Positions 45,565 through 54,648 of a stretch of DNA of 57,216 bases are shown here, piece by piece. Positions within the stretch are counted from its first letter, which is position 1. Every line of letters starts with the position of its first letter. The translations under genes and the position numbers were made by a program. This DNA comes from Alphaproteobacteria bacterium (GTDB lineage: Bacteria > Pseudomonadota > Alphaproteobacteria > JBCCNR01): NCBI GenBank assembly GCA_047627635.1, contig JBLHTX010000001.1, forward strand, positions 1-57,216, in the 5' to 3' direction. A model generated the notes under the pieces. That model worked only from the letters and a program-made list of their open reading frames with translations. It was not told where the DNA came from and did not search any database.

Positions 45565-46983
45565 ATGCGATTGAAATATCTTAAAGTCATTTTCACCTTG
45601 ACGATTACTTTAAGTCTTGCACCCTTGAAATTGGCTTATGCTGATGTCTTAAAGCCTGAAGCAATTATCAAAAGTAGTGCGCGTTTTTACCCCGATATTT
45701 TGGCAAGCTATCAATCCATCAAGGCAACACGCACTTATGTAGATGCCGCGCGGGGGAAGTTTGACACAAATATTACCCAAGAAGCCTATGCCCGCCCAGA
45801 TGGATTCTATGATGGGACTTATTTAAAAAGTGAAATTGAGCAGCCAATCCCTGAATTTAATTCCAAAATTTACACAGGATATCGGCTTGCCGATGGTATT
45901 TTTCCGATTTATGAAAACGAGCTTGAAACCGATAATCGGGGCGAATATTATATTGGTGTTAAATTGTCATTATTGCGTGATCGCTTGGTTGATAAAAACC
46001 GAACGGCCATCAGTGTGGCCGAACTGAATGTGCTTGAGCGTGAAACTCAGCTTATTCTTGAAAAACTAACCATTCAACGTAATGCATTGCAAAAATATTG
46101 GTCTTGGTTGACGGCAGGGCACCAGTATTTTGTCTATCAAGATTTATTGGAATTGGCACAAATTCGGCAAAAAAACCTAACCCGTCAAGTCGAGCTTGGA
46201 CAGCTTGCGGCAATTTACCTCCAAGAAAACCAGCAATATTTACTCAAACGCAAAGCCGAGGTAAACATTGCACAGGCAAACTTAAAAATGCTGGCCCAAG
46301 AATTATCACTTTATTATCGTGATTTAAACGGCAATCCTAAAGCCCCCTCATTGGCAATGCTCCCTAAAAAAATGCCAAAATTATCACAATATATTGCGGC
46401 CAATAATGTGTTTAATAATTTACTTGAACATCCTGCTTTTAAAATATTAGACACACAGAAAAAAATATTATTACAAAAAAAGGCCCTAGCCGAAAACGAT
46501 CTATTGCCCTATATCGACCTTGGCGTAAAAGCATCCTCTGATTTTGGCGGCGGCACCAAGCAATATAATGAAGGCGAATTAACCGTTAATTTGAACTTCA
46601 AAGTACCGCTTCAAAGAACAATCGCCAAGTCTAAAAAATCATATGCCGAGGCAAAATTACAAGAATTGATTTATAAAGAAAAAATCCAATTCGATAAACT
46701 GCGTATGGCACTTAATAAATTACTGATTAATATGGATAATCAACAACAATTCTTAAAAATCACCAAGCAAGAAGTCTTATTGGCCAAAAAAATGTCACAG
46801 GTCGAAGAGAAACGATTTGAAGCGGGGATCAGTGACTTTTTTACCTTGAATAAACGTGAAGAAGATATGATGAAAGTCCGTTTACAACGGCTTAAAGCCC
46901 AAGAAAATTACCTGAAAATGCAAGAAGAAATGAAGCTATTAACTGCTAATCTTGCCACGCCTTTCGAGGTTGCTTATGATTAA
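45565..46983 (+). CDS. TolC-like outer membrane efflux protein (OEP family)
   Basis: 472 aa with signal peptide ..LKLAYA|D and two OEP-like repeat halves carrying long helical heptad segments. It begins 9 nt after the HlyD-like gene. Confidence 0.87.
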   Translation: MRLKYLKVIFTLTITLSLAPLKLAYADVLKPEAIIKSSARFYPDILASYQSIKATRTYVDAARGKFDTNITQEAYARPDGFYDGTYLKSEIEQPIPEFNSKIYTGYRLADGIFPIYENELETDNRGEYYIGVKLSLLRDRLVDKNRTAISVAELNVLERETQLILEKLTIQRNALQKYWSWLTAGHQYFVYQDLLELAQIRQKNLTRQVELGQLAAIYLQENQQYLLKRKAEVNIAQANLKMLAQELSLYYRDLNGNPKAPSLAMLPKKMPKLSQYIAANNVFNNLLEHPAFKILDTQKKILLQKKALAENDLLPYIDLGVKASSDFGGGTKQYNEGELTVNLNFKVPLQRTIAKSKKSYAEAKLQELIYKEKIQFDKLRMALNKLLINMDNQQQFLKITKQEVLLAKKMSQVEEKRFEAGISDFFTLNKREEDMMKVRLQRLKAQENYLKMQEEMKLLTANLATPFEVAYD

Positions 46984-48551
46984 TAGCTTTCACTGACCGA
47001 TTTTTTAACGCTCATTTGTGTGCAAAAATGACGTAAGACCGAAAATTCAGAAGGGTAATTATCAATCACCTCAAGGCTCATATTCAGATATTGATAAAGC
47101 TCTATGGCACGGGTAATTTTCATGGTAATGGGTCTTTGAGATGGCTTTTGAGGTGCCATGGTTAAAACAAATGTTTCTTCCATATCAATGCTATTAATAA
47201 GATGCTCAAATTCGCAGGTAAAATTCTCATTCGCTAAATCAACAGGCTTTTTTGCGGCATTATCATTATCATTAGTATTAGTATTATTATTCAGATTCGT
47301 ATTGGTGTTTTTATTATTAAGAGGTTGATTTGTATTTTTTTCTGTCGGATTTTGATTATTATCACCCATAATTCTATCGGCATCAGAAGGAAGATTAGAG
47401 GGATTAATACCTGCATTGCCTGCATTGCCTGTATTGTTAAGCGGTGTTGGAATAATGCCAATATCCTTATCTTGTGCACTGCTAAGGGTAGAAATTTCAA
47501 AAAAACGAGCGGGTAATGAGAGTTTTTTACCAATTAATGTATCAATATCATCGGCTTTATCTGTTAATGGGGGAGGGGATTGCATCGATATGTTATCTTG
47601 AATATTCTCTTCAATAACCGCTGAAGGATTAAAATCATTCGTTATGGGAGGGGCTTGCATTGTGTCAATATCGGGCAGTGTTTCTTCGGGGATATTAGCT
47701 GAGTCATATCTTTGTTGAATGGATTCTGTCAAAGTATCATTTGGGATCAACATATCCTTTGACTCTACATCAGGATTGCTTGATGGTGTGCCTATTGGTT
47801 TATTCTGTATTCCATCATCACTTTCTGGATCAAGGAGTAAAAATTTCTGGGGTGTTTCTTGCGTGTTTTTCGCGTCATCCAAAGCATCAACCATTGGCGT
47901 GTCTTTAAGTAGCTTACTAGATGGCGGACTCTCGATACTATCGGGCAGCATACTCAGGAATTTATCAAGCGCTTTTTCTGGATCTTCTTTTGAAATTACA
48001 GGTGTTTCATCTTCTGCTAAATCATCTATTGTATCTTCTTCTGGTGGTGAAATTAGGAATGGACTTTTCTCTTCATTGGCAACAACACCTTGATTTTCTA
48101 AGGCATCATTTTCAGCATCTGAAACAGGGGATTGATTATCAGTGATTACATCTTTTGTATCGCTATCGGCAATATCTACTTCTTTGGGAGGGGAAATTGG
48201 CGGTAAAGTATCAATAAACGCATCAAGCGCATCTTCTTCTTTATCGTCACTTTTGTCGATCTCGTTTTTTTTGATATTGCTAATAATATTTGCCGCTTTT
48301 TGTACGTCTTTTTCATCCGTATTTAATTTCTTTTGAGGGGATGCATTCGTGTTTTCTTTGCCATTACTATTCCCATTACTATTCCCATTACTATTCAAGG
48401 TCTTTGGAGCAACCGAAGCCGATGGAGATGTATTGCTTGCCCACTGATTTACCTTGTCATAATTGAAAAAATACATAATAACTAAGGCAAAAAATATACC
48501 GAAAAGAACCGCCATAATCGTGTATAATATTTGATTTATTATCTGTTTCAT
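46980..48551 (-). CDS. Membrane-anchored, highly acidic, Asn/Asp/Pro/Ser-rich low-complexity protein, hypothetical
   Basis: 523 aa from the ATG at 48551 (the ORF track starts at 48590). It has one N-terminal TM helix (ILYTIMAVLFGIFFALVIMYFF), about 400 aa of low-complexity acidic sequence and a non-repetitive C-terminal domain of about 90 aa. Confidence 0.65.
   Translation of the reverse strand: MKQIINQILYTIMAVLFGIFFALVIMYFFNYDKVNQWASNTSPSASVAPKTLNSNGNSNGNSNGKENTNASPQKKLNTDEKDVQKAANIISNIKKNEIDKSDDKEEDALDAFIDTLPPISPPKEVDIADSDTKDVITDNQSPVSDAENDALENQGVVANEEKSPFLISPPEEDTIDDLAEDETPVISKEDPEKALDKFLSMLPDSIESPPSSKLLKDTPMVDALDDAKNTQETPQKFLLLDPESDDGIQNKPIGTPSSNPDVESKDMLIPNDTLTESIQQRYDSANIPEETLPDIDTMQAPPITNDFNPSAVIEENIQDNISMQSPPPLTDKADDIDTLIGKKLSLPARFFEISTLSSAQDKDIGIIPTPLNNTGNAGNAGINPSNLPSDADRIMGDNNQNPTEKNTNQPLNNKNTNTNLNNNTNTNDNDNAAKKPVDLANENFTCEFEHLINSIDMEETFVLTMAPQKPSQRPITMKITRAIELYQYLNMSLEVIDNYPSEFSVLRHFCTQMSVKKSVSESY
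47410..47436. repeat. 9-bp in-frame tandem repeat x3 (cctgcattg), encoding GNAGNAG-type residues
   Basis: Read directly. The third copy has one substitution. Confidence 0.9.
48361..48396. repeat. 12-bp in-frame tandem repeat x3 (ccattactattc), encoding (NSNG)3
   Basis: Three perfect copies, read directly. Confidence 0.95.
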
Positions 48552-48756
48552 AGGGTTTATGATAGCTTGAATTAAACAACAAGTCAACATTATTTTAATA
48601 TATATATTTTATATTAAAATTATTAAATTAAGCAGGCATATTATATTCATTGACGTAACAGGGCAAACGCTTTAGGAATGGTTACGGGCCATATCCCCCC
48701 AACGGGATAAGACCTATCAATTGTATTAAACAATATAGCAAGATAGGAATACAAAA

Positions 48757-49917
48757 ATGCAACAATCTGTGCCGCCATCAGTGCGTCCGAACAGTCCAAA
48801 TTTTTCTTCTGGACCTTGTTCCAAAATTCCAAATTGGTCGCTTGACCTTATCAAAGATGCCACTACGGGGCGTTCACACCGTTCTAAAATCGGTAAATCC
48901 AAGCTTAAGCTTGCGATTGATGTTACCAAAGAAATTCTAAACCTACCAGCCGATTATCGTGTTGCAATCGTTCCAGCCTCCGATACGGGTGCAGTAGAAA
49001 TGGCACTATGGTCGCTTCTTGGGGAACGCGGCGTTGATGTGTTGGCGTGGGAAAGTTTCTCTCAAGACTGGGTTACGGACATAAAAGATCAGCTTAAATT
49101 AAACCCAACCGTCCACAAAGCCGATTATGGCTTGCTGCCCGATTTATCGGCTGTAAATTTTGACAATGATGTTGTATTTCCTTGGAATGGCACAACATCG
49201 GGCGTGCGTTTACCCAATGCTGATTGGATTCCAAATGACCGAAAAGGGCTCACTATCTGTGATGCAACCTCAGCGATTTTCGCCCAAGAAATGGATTTCA
49301 CCAAGCTTGATGTCGTGACTTATTCTTGGCAAAAAGTGCTTGGTGGCGAGGCTGCCCACGGGATGTTAATTTTATCGCCTCGTGCGGTTGAACGGCTTGA
49401 AAATTATACGCCTGATCGTCCATTGCCAAAAATTTTCCGTATGACAAAAAAAGGCAAAATTGACGAAGCCTTGTTCCAAGGGGCAACCATCAATACGCCA
49501 TCAATGATCTGCGTCGAAGATTATTTAGCCTGCCTTGCATGGGTACAGCAAAACGATGGCTATGCAGGCATGATTGCACGGGCTGATAAAAATACCGATG
49601 TGATTACTAAATGGGTGGCAAAAACCCCATGGATTGACTTTTTGGCACAAGACCCAAATACACGCTCGAACACAAGTGTTTGTCTTGTATTTTCGAGTGC
49701 TGAATTTAAAGCGATGTCCAGCGAGGATCAGCAAGCATTTACAAGTCAATTTATTAAATTTTTGGATTCCCAAGATATTGCTTATGATATTGCGGCTTAC
49801 AGAACAGCACCTGCTGGTTTACGAATTTGGTGCGGCAGTACAATCGAAGCCTCTGACATTGAGGCGCTTTGTTTGTGGCTCGATTATGCCCATTCCATTC
49901 TAAATTCAAGCATATAA
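48757..49917 (+). CDS. serC: Phosphoserine aminotransferase (long alphaproteobacterial type)
   Basis: 386 aa with N-terminus P.RP..PNFSSGPC.K.P.W and a PLP fold. serA is adjacent. Confidence 0.92.
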   Translation: MQQSVPPSVRPNSPNFSSGPCSKIPNWSLDLIKDATTGRSHRSKIGKSKLKLAIDVTKEILNLPADYRVAIVPASDTGAVEMALWSLLGERGVDVLAWESFSQDWVTDIKDQLKLNPTVHKADYGLLPDLSAVNFDNDVVFPWNGTTSGVRLPNADWIPNDRKGLTICDATSAIFAQEMDFTKLDVVTYSWQKVLGGEAAHGMLILSPRAVERLENYTPDRPLPKIFRMTKKGKIDEALFQGATINTPSMICVEDYLACLAWVQQNDGYAGMIARADKNTDVITKWVAKTPWIDFLAQDPNTRSNTSVCLVFSSAEFKAMSSEDQQAFTSQFIKFLDSQDIAYDIAAYRTAPAGLRIWCGSTIEASDIEALCLWLDYAHSILNSSI

Positions 49918-49942
49918 AATAATAGAAATTAAGGATTATACA

Positions 49943-51529
49943 ATGCCAAAAGTACTTATTGGTGATAAAATGGCCCCAGAAGCGGCCGAAATTTTTAAAA
50001 ATCGTGGCCTCGAAGTTGATATCAAGGTTGGTTTATCTGCCACCGAACTCAAAGAAATCATTAATGATTATGACGGTCTTGCTGTGCGTTCTGCGTGCCG
50101 TGTGCCTGCTGAAGTTTTTGAAAATGTAACACGCCTAAAAGTCATTGGGCGTGCAGGGATTGGTGTCGATACTATTGACTGTGAAGCGGCAACCCAGCAT
50201 GGTGTTGTAGTTATGAATACGCCATTTGGCAATGCCACCACAACGGCCGAACATGCGATTGCAATGATGATGTCATGCGCACGTCGTATTCCTCAAGCCA
50301 ACGAGTCAACCCATGCGGGGAAATGGGAAAAAACAAAATTCACAGGCACTGAAATTACCGATAAAACTTTGGGGCTTATTGGGTGCGGTAATATTGGCGG
50401 TATTGTTGCCAATCGTGCTTTGGGTCTTAAAATGAAAGTGATTGCCTTCGATCCGTTCCTTTCAGAAGAGCGGGCCAAAAAAATTGGTGTCACCAAAGTA
50501 ACTCTCGAGGAAGTTTTCCAAAAGGCTGACTTTATCTCCCTTCATACGCCGCTTATCGATCAAACCCGCAATATTGTTTCCGCCGATAAAATTGCTCTAA
50601 TGAAGCCAACTGCTTATTTAATTAACTGTGCTCGTGGTGGTTTAATTGACGAGGTTGCGCTTAAAGCTGCCTTGGATAATAAAAAAATTGCAGGGGCAGC
50701 CCTTGACGTATTCGAGGTTGAGCCCGCCAAAGAACATCCTTTGTTTGGCTATGAAAATGTTATTTGTACGCCGCATTTAGGGGCCTCCACCAAAGAAGCT
50801 CAGGAAATTGTATCGTTACAAATTGCTGAACAAATGAGTGATTTTTTATTGACAGGTGCCGTTTCAAACGCTTTAAACATGCCTTCAGTAAGTGAAGCCG
50901 ATGCAAAAATTCTAAAGCCTTATATTGATCTTGCTGGCAAGCTTGGCAGTTTCATTGGTCAAGTTGCGGTCACCGATAATAGCTTAAATGCCATTCAAAT
51001 TATTTATGATGGTATTTTTAGCGAGCTCAATACCAAGCCTTTGACGGCGAATATTACGGCATCAATTTTAAAATCATTTTCTGGTAATGTTAATATGGTC
51101 AATGGCCCTGTATTGCTTAAGGAAAAAGGCATTAAACTTTCCGAAACAACACAGCCCCGGACCAGTATTTATGATGGATTTATCGCCATTCATATTGAAA
51201 CAAACAAGCAAAAGCGGATGATTATGGGTACAGTTTTCTCAGATCAAAAGCCTCGGATTGTGTGTCTCGATGATATTAGGATGGAAGCTGAGTTTTCTGA
51301 ATTTATGCTTTATACGCAAAATGCCGATATTCCAGGACATATTGGTGCACTTGGAACATTGCTTGGTCAAGAAGCATTAAACATTGCTGATTTTCGCCTC
51401 GGACGACTAGAGCAGGGTGGTAAAGCAGTGGCATTAGTACAAACCGATGCCCTTGCCAGTGCTGAGACGATGCATAAGATTAAACAACTGCCACAAGTGA
51501 TTGATGCAATTCAAATTAAAATGGCTTAA
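49943..51529 (+). CDS. serA: D-3-phosphoglycerate dehydrogenase (long form with ASB and ACT domains)
   Basis: 528 aa with the NAD motif GLIGCGNIGG, the catalytic CARGG..DE and TPHLGAST, and a C-terminal ACT-like domain. Confidence 0.96.
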   Translation: MPKVLIGDKMAPEAAEIFKNRGLEVDIKVGLSATELKEIINDYDGLAVRSACRVPAEVFENVTRLKVIGRAGIGVDTIDCEAATQHGVVVMNTPFGNATTTAEHAIAMMMSCARRIPQANESTHAGKWEKTKFTGTEITDKTLGLIGCGNIGGIVANRALGLKMKVIAFDPFLSEERAKKIGVTKVTLEEVFQKADFISLHTPLIDQTRNIVSADKIALMKPTAYLINCARGGLIDEVALKAALDNKKIAGAALDVFEVEPAKEHPLFGYENVICTPHLGASTKEAQEIVSLQIAEQMSDFLLTGAVSNALNMPSVSEADAKILKPYIDLAGKLGSFIGQVAVTDNSLNAIQIIYDGIFSELNTKPLTANITASILKSFSGNVNMVNGPVLLKEKGIKLSETTQPRTSIYDGFIAIHIETNKQKRMIMGTVFSDQKPRIVCLDDIRMEAEFSEFMLYTQNADIPGHIGALGTLLGQEALNIADFRLGRLEQGGKAVALVQTDALASAETMHKIKQLPQVIDAIQIKMA

Positions 51530-51662
51530 TTGACTTTTATGTTACAGTATATTATTTGAGTGTTTTTTTATCATTAAAATCGCTTTTATACTTTTGAATT
51601 TTTCTGATTCGGCATTACATTGGTGTAATGTTGTTCATTATTAAAAGTAATAAGGATTTTTA

Positions 51663-52913
51663 ATGTCACGCTCAAATATTATACTTGCCCTTGTTGGGTG
51701 TTCTGTTGTTGCTTTGTCTGCTTGTGCACCTCGCAACAGTTTGCGTCAGGCAGCAATTCAAAATCAACCCTATGCACAAAATGCTCGGTCGGTAAACAAT
51801 GCCCCATCTGGCAATAATGGATTGCCGTTATATCAGTCAGCATCTGCACAAAATGTAATGCAATCTAATAATCTTCCTGCGGTGGATTATCGTTCAACTG
51901 GCACAACAACGCAAACAATGACTGCTGCACCAATACCAGCAATGTCCCAAGCACCAGCAGCCACTTATAACCGAAACTATGTTGCCAATGACGAGATGCG
52001 TTATAATGTGCAAAAAGGGGAAACAATTTATTCAATTGGTCGTAAATTTAATACGCACCCAAAACAGATCATTGCCCGTAATCAAATGATGAATCCAAAT
52101 TCTTTGTCAGTTGGTGACGCTTTGATTTTGCCAAAACGTCAAGCAACACCTGTCAATAATGCTAATGCTCCGCAATATGATAACAGCTTATATACGGGTT
52201 CAATTACAAATAATAACACAAATATTACGCCACAATCTGTGCCAATTTATCCAAAAAATGCAGTGATTGAAAATACACAAATGCACCATTATACAGTGCA
52301 GCCAGGGGATACCATGTATTCAATTGGTCGTAAATTTAATGTGCATCCCAATTATATTATCAACAAAAACCCTTCGGTTATGCCAAGCCAACTACAACCA
52401 GGGCAAGTGTTGAATATGGTATCGAATAATGCTTCTGTTGAGCAAAAAAAAAACATAGTACAAACGCCTAAGTTTGTTGCAAAAATATCGCCGCCTGCAC
52501 AAGTGATCCCTAAAAAAACGGTTTCTCAGGTGCAGTCTGATGATTTGCAAAAGCAAATCCTAGCCAATGCATTAAGTTTGCCAGTACAAGGTGCAATTAA
52601 AGAAAACAAAAATATGCGTGGCATTTTAATTACAGCCACCGATGGTGATGCGGTCAAAGCATCGGCAGCAGGTGAAGTTATTTATGTGGGGAACCTCAAT
52701 AACTATGGCAACATGGTTTTAGTTCGCCACGATAATGGTCTTGTCACAAATTATGCGCGCCTTAAAAAGACCTTTGTACAAAAAGGACAAAAAGTCGATA
52801 AAGGTGATCTGATAGCCTCAGCAGGAACGTCTAAGGATTTTCAAAATTCCGATGTTCTTTTTGAAGTTCGTAAAGGTACAAAAGCCGTTAATCCCCTTGA
52901 TTATATTGGCTAG
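51663..52913 (+). CDS. LysM-domain M23 peptidase lipoprotein (NlpD-like)
   Basis: 416 aa with lipobox VALSAC. It has two LysM repeats (Y.VQKGETIYSIGRKFN and YTVQPGDTMYSIGRKFN) and a C-terminal M23 domain (YGNMVLVRHDNGLVTNY). Confidence 0.92.
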   Translation: MSRSNIILALVGCSVVALSACAPRNSLRQAAIQNQPYAQNARSVNNAPSGNNGLPLYQSASAQNVMQSNNLPAVDYRSTGTTTQTMTAAPIPAMSQAPAATYNRNYVANDEMRYNVQKGETIYSIGRKFNTHPKQIIARNQMMNPNSLSVGDALILPKRQATPVNNANAPQYDNSLYTGSITNNNTNITPQSVPIYPKNAVIENTQMHHYTVQPGDTMYSIGRKFNVHPNYIINKNPSVMPSQLQPGQVLNMVSNNASVEQKKNIVQTPKFVAKISPPAQVIPKKTVSQVQSDDLQKQILANALSLPVQGAIKENKNMRGILITATDGDAVKASAAGEVIYVGNLNNYGNMVLVRHDNGLVTNYARLKKTFVQKGQKVDKGDLIASAGTSKDFQNSDVLFEVRKGTKAVNPLDYIG

Positions 52914-52934
52914 TCATTTTGATTATTTATTAAT

Positions 52935-52970
52935 AAAAAACACGCTTTAAATAAACAAAGCGTGTTTTTT
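52935..52970. terminator. Bidirectional intrinsic terminator
   Basis: aaaaaacacgcttt (52935-52948), an 8-nt loop, then aaagcgtgtttttt (52957-52970). A perfect GC-containing stem is flanked by A- and T-runs. It lies between the convergent NlpD-like and EF-hand genes. Confidence 0.8.
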
Positions 52971-52995
52971 AATGTCTAAAGTCAATTACAAATAA

Positions 52996-53307
52996 TTATT
53001 TTGCACGCTTTTTGGCAAGCGTTGGGCTGAACTCGGCAGCTGAAAGTTTGCCGTCTTTGTTTTTGTCTTTTTTCTTAAACTTCATTGTGTGATATGCGTT
53101 AAACTCGCTTGCTGAAACTGAGCTATCTTTATTGGTATCAACGTTATTAAAATGTGCCTTGGCTCGACTTCCACGCCCTTTGAAGGGTGCTTTTTTTGCT
53201 TCTTTTGCTTCTTTTGATTTTTCAACTTTGGTATCTGCTGCAAATGCTGTTTGTGCTGATATAGCAAAAAAAGAGAGTAGGGATAGGAGTAAGATAAAAA
53301 TTTTCAT
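52996..53307 (-). CDS. Secreted two-EF-hand calcium-binding protein
   Basis: 103 aa with signal peptide ..AQTAFA|A and two canonical loops, DTNKDSSVSASEF and DKNKDGKLSAAEF. Confidence 0.8.
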   Translation of the reverse strand: MKIFILLLSLLSFFAISAQTAFAADTKVEKSKEAKEAKKAPFKGRGSRAKAHFNNVDTNKDSSVSASEFNAYHTMKFKKKDKNKDGKLSAAEFSPTLAKKRAK

Positions 53308-53363
53308 ATTAATGCCTTGTTTGGTTTAGGGTTCATAGTTGTAGTTTCAAAATATCTATTTTA

Positions 53364-54626
53364 TTACTTGGTAAAAAACCGATCAATAATTGCTTGTGCA
53401 TTTGTTAAATCAGATACATGACCCAAAGTACAAAAAGCAGGATTTTTTGATTTCAACAAAGATGCTGCATAGTCAATTAAATCTTGCTTGGTGACTGAAT
53501 CAATATTTTCAATTAATGCGTCAGGAGTAAAGAATTGATTGAAAATAAATTGTTGCTTGACCAATGCTTCAACGCGCCCAGACGGACTTTCAAGACCCAT
53601 AATTAAGGATGATCTTAACTGTGCTTTTGCCCGATTAACTTCGGCATCACTCATCGATTCACTTAAGTCTTTAAGTTGTTCAAGTGAAATTTCTAAGACA
53701 CGCTCATAATCTTCTAGAGATGTGCCAGCACAAAAACCAAATACCCCAGAATCATTAAGGCTAGAGGTAAAGGAGCTGATTGAATAAACAAGACCATGCT
53801 TTTCACGCACTTCTTGGAATAAGCGTGATGACATACCGCCGCCATAAATTACACTAAATACTTCGCTAACGAAATAAAGCGGATCGTGATATGAAATGCC
53901 GTCCATAACAAAGGCTAAATGTACTTGCTCAAGGTCTTTATGAACTGCACGCAAGCCCCCTTGCCAAATTGGTGGGGTCGATGTTGGGCGTGTTTCTTGT
54001 GGGGCAAAATCCATATATTGTTCAGCCAAGTCACACATTTCTTGGTGCGTTATCCCGCCCGAAGCTGCAAAAATCATATTTTGAGGATTGTAATATTTTT
54101 GAATATAATTGAACAAATGATTGCGAGGCATTTGCGTGACCGATTCACGTGTACCAAGAATTGTTTTACCCAAAGGATGATCGCCATAACAAATTTCAGC
54201 AATATTATCAAATAATACATCATCGGGGCTATCTTCACACTCCCCAATTTCTTGTAAGACAACGCCTTTTTCACGATCAAGTTCGGTTTCATCAAAGGTA
54301 GAATTTTTAAGAATATCCCCTAAAATATCGGCACTTAGTGTGGCATCTTGCGATAAAATTCGCATATGATAGGCTGTCTGATTACGGCTTGTATAGGCAT
54401 TCATAAAGCCGCCAACATTTTCAACTTGTTCAGCAATGTCTTTGGCTGTGCGGTTTTTTGTTCCTTTGAATGCCATATGTTCAAGTAGATGTGCAAGGCC
54501 ATGCTCATCGGGCTTTTCATGCCGTGCTCCCACTCCAATCCAGACACCCATTGTGACGGAACGAATATTAGGCATTTCATCCGTAATGACACGTAAACCT
54601 GATGAAAGTGTTGTAATTTCTGGCAT
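53364..54626 (-). CDS. M16-family zinc peptidase (pitrilysin/MPP-like)
   Basis: 420 aa from the ATG at 54626, with the inverted zinc motif HLLEHMAFKGT. The ORF track's 50-aa N-terminal extension would overlap accC. Confidence 0.92.
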   Translation of the reverse strand: MPEITTLSSGLRVITDEMPNIRSVTMGVWIGVGARHEKPDEHGLAHLLEHMAFKGTKNRTAKDIAEQVENVGGFMNAYTSRNQTAYHMRILSQDATLSADILGDILKNSTFDETELDREKGVVLQEIGECEDSPDDVLFDNIAEICYGDHPLGKTILGTRESVTQMPRNHLFNYIQKYYNPQNMIFAASGGITHQEMCDLAEQYMDFAPQETRPTSTPPIWQGGLRAVHKDLEQVHLAFVMDGISYHDPLYFVSEVFSVIYGGGMSSRLFQEVREKHGLVYSISSFTSSLNDSGVFGFCAGTSLEDYERVLEISLEQLKDLSESMSDAEVNRAKAQLRSSLIMGLESPSGRVEALVKQQFIFNQFFTPDALIENIDSVTKQDLIDYAASLLKSKNPAFCTLGHVSDLTNAQAIIDRFFTK

Positions 54627-54648
54627 GAATAAACCTGTATAAGTAAAA

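Noticed and set aside
47719-48336. Plus-strand Ser-rich ORFs (124, 74 and 64 aa) opposite the acidic protein gene.
   Set aside because: The complement of Asp/Glu/Asn-rich low-complexity coding sequence naturally stays open. The minus-strand ORF is far longer and has a TM anchor and start context.
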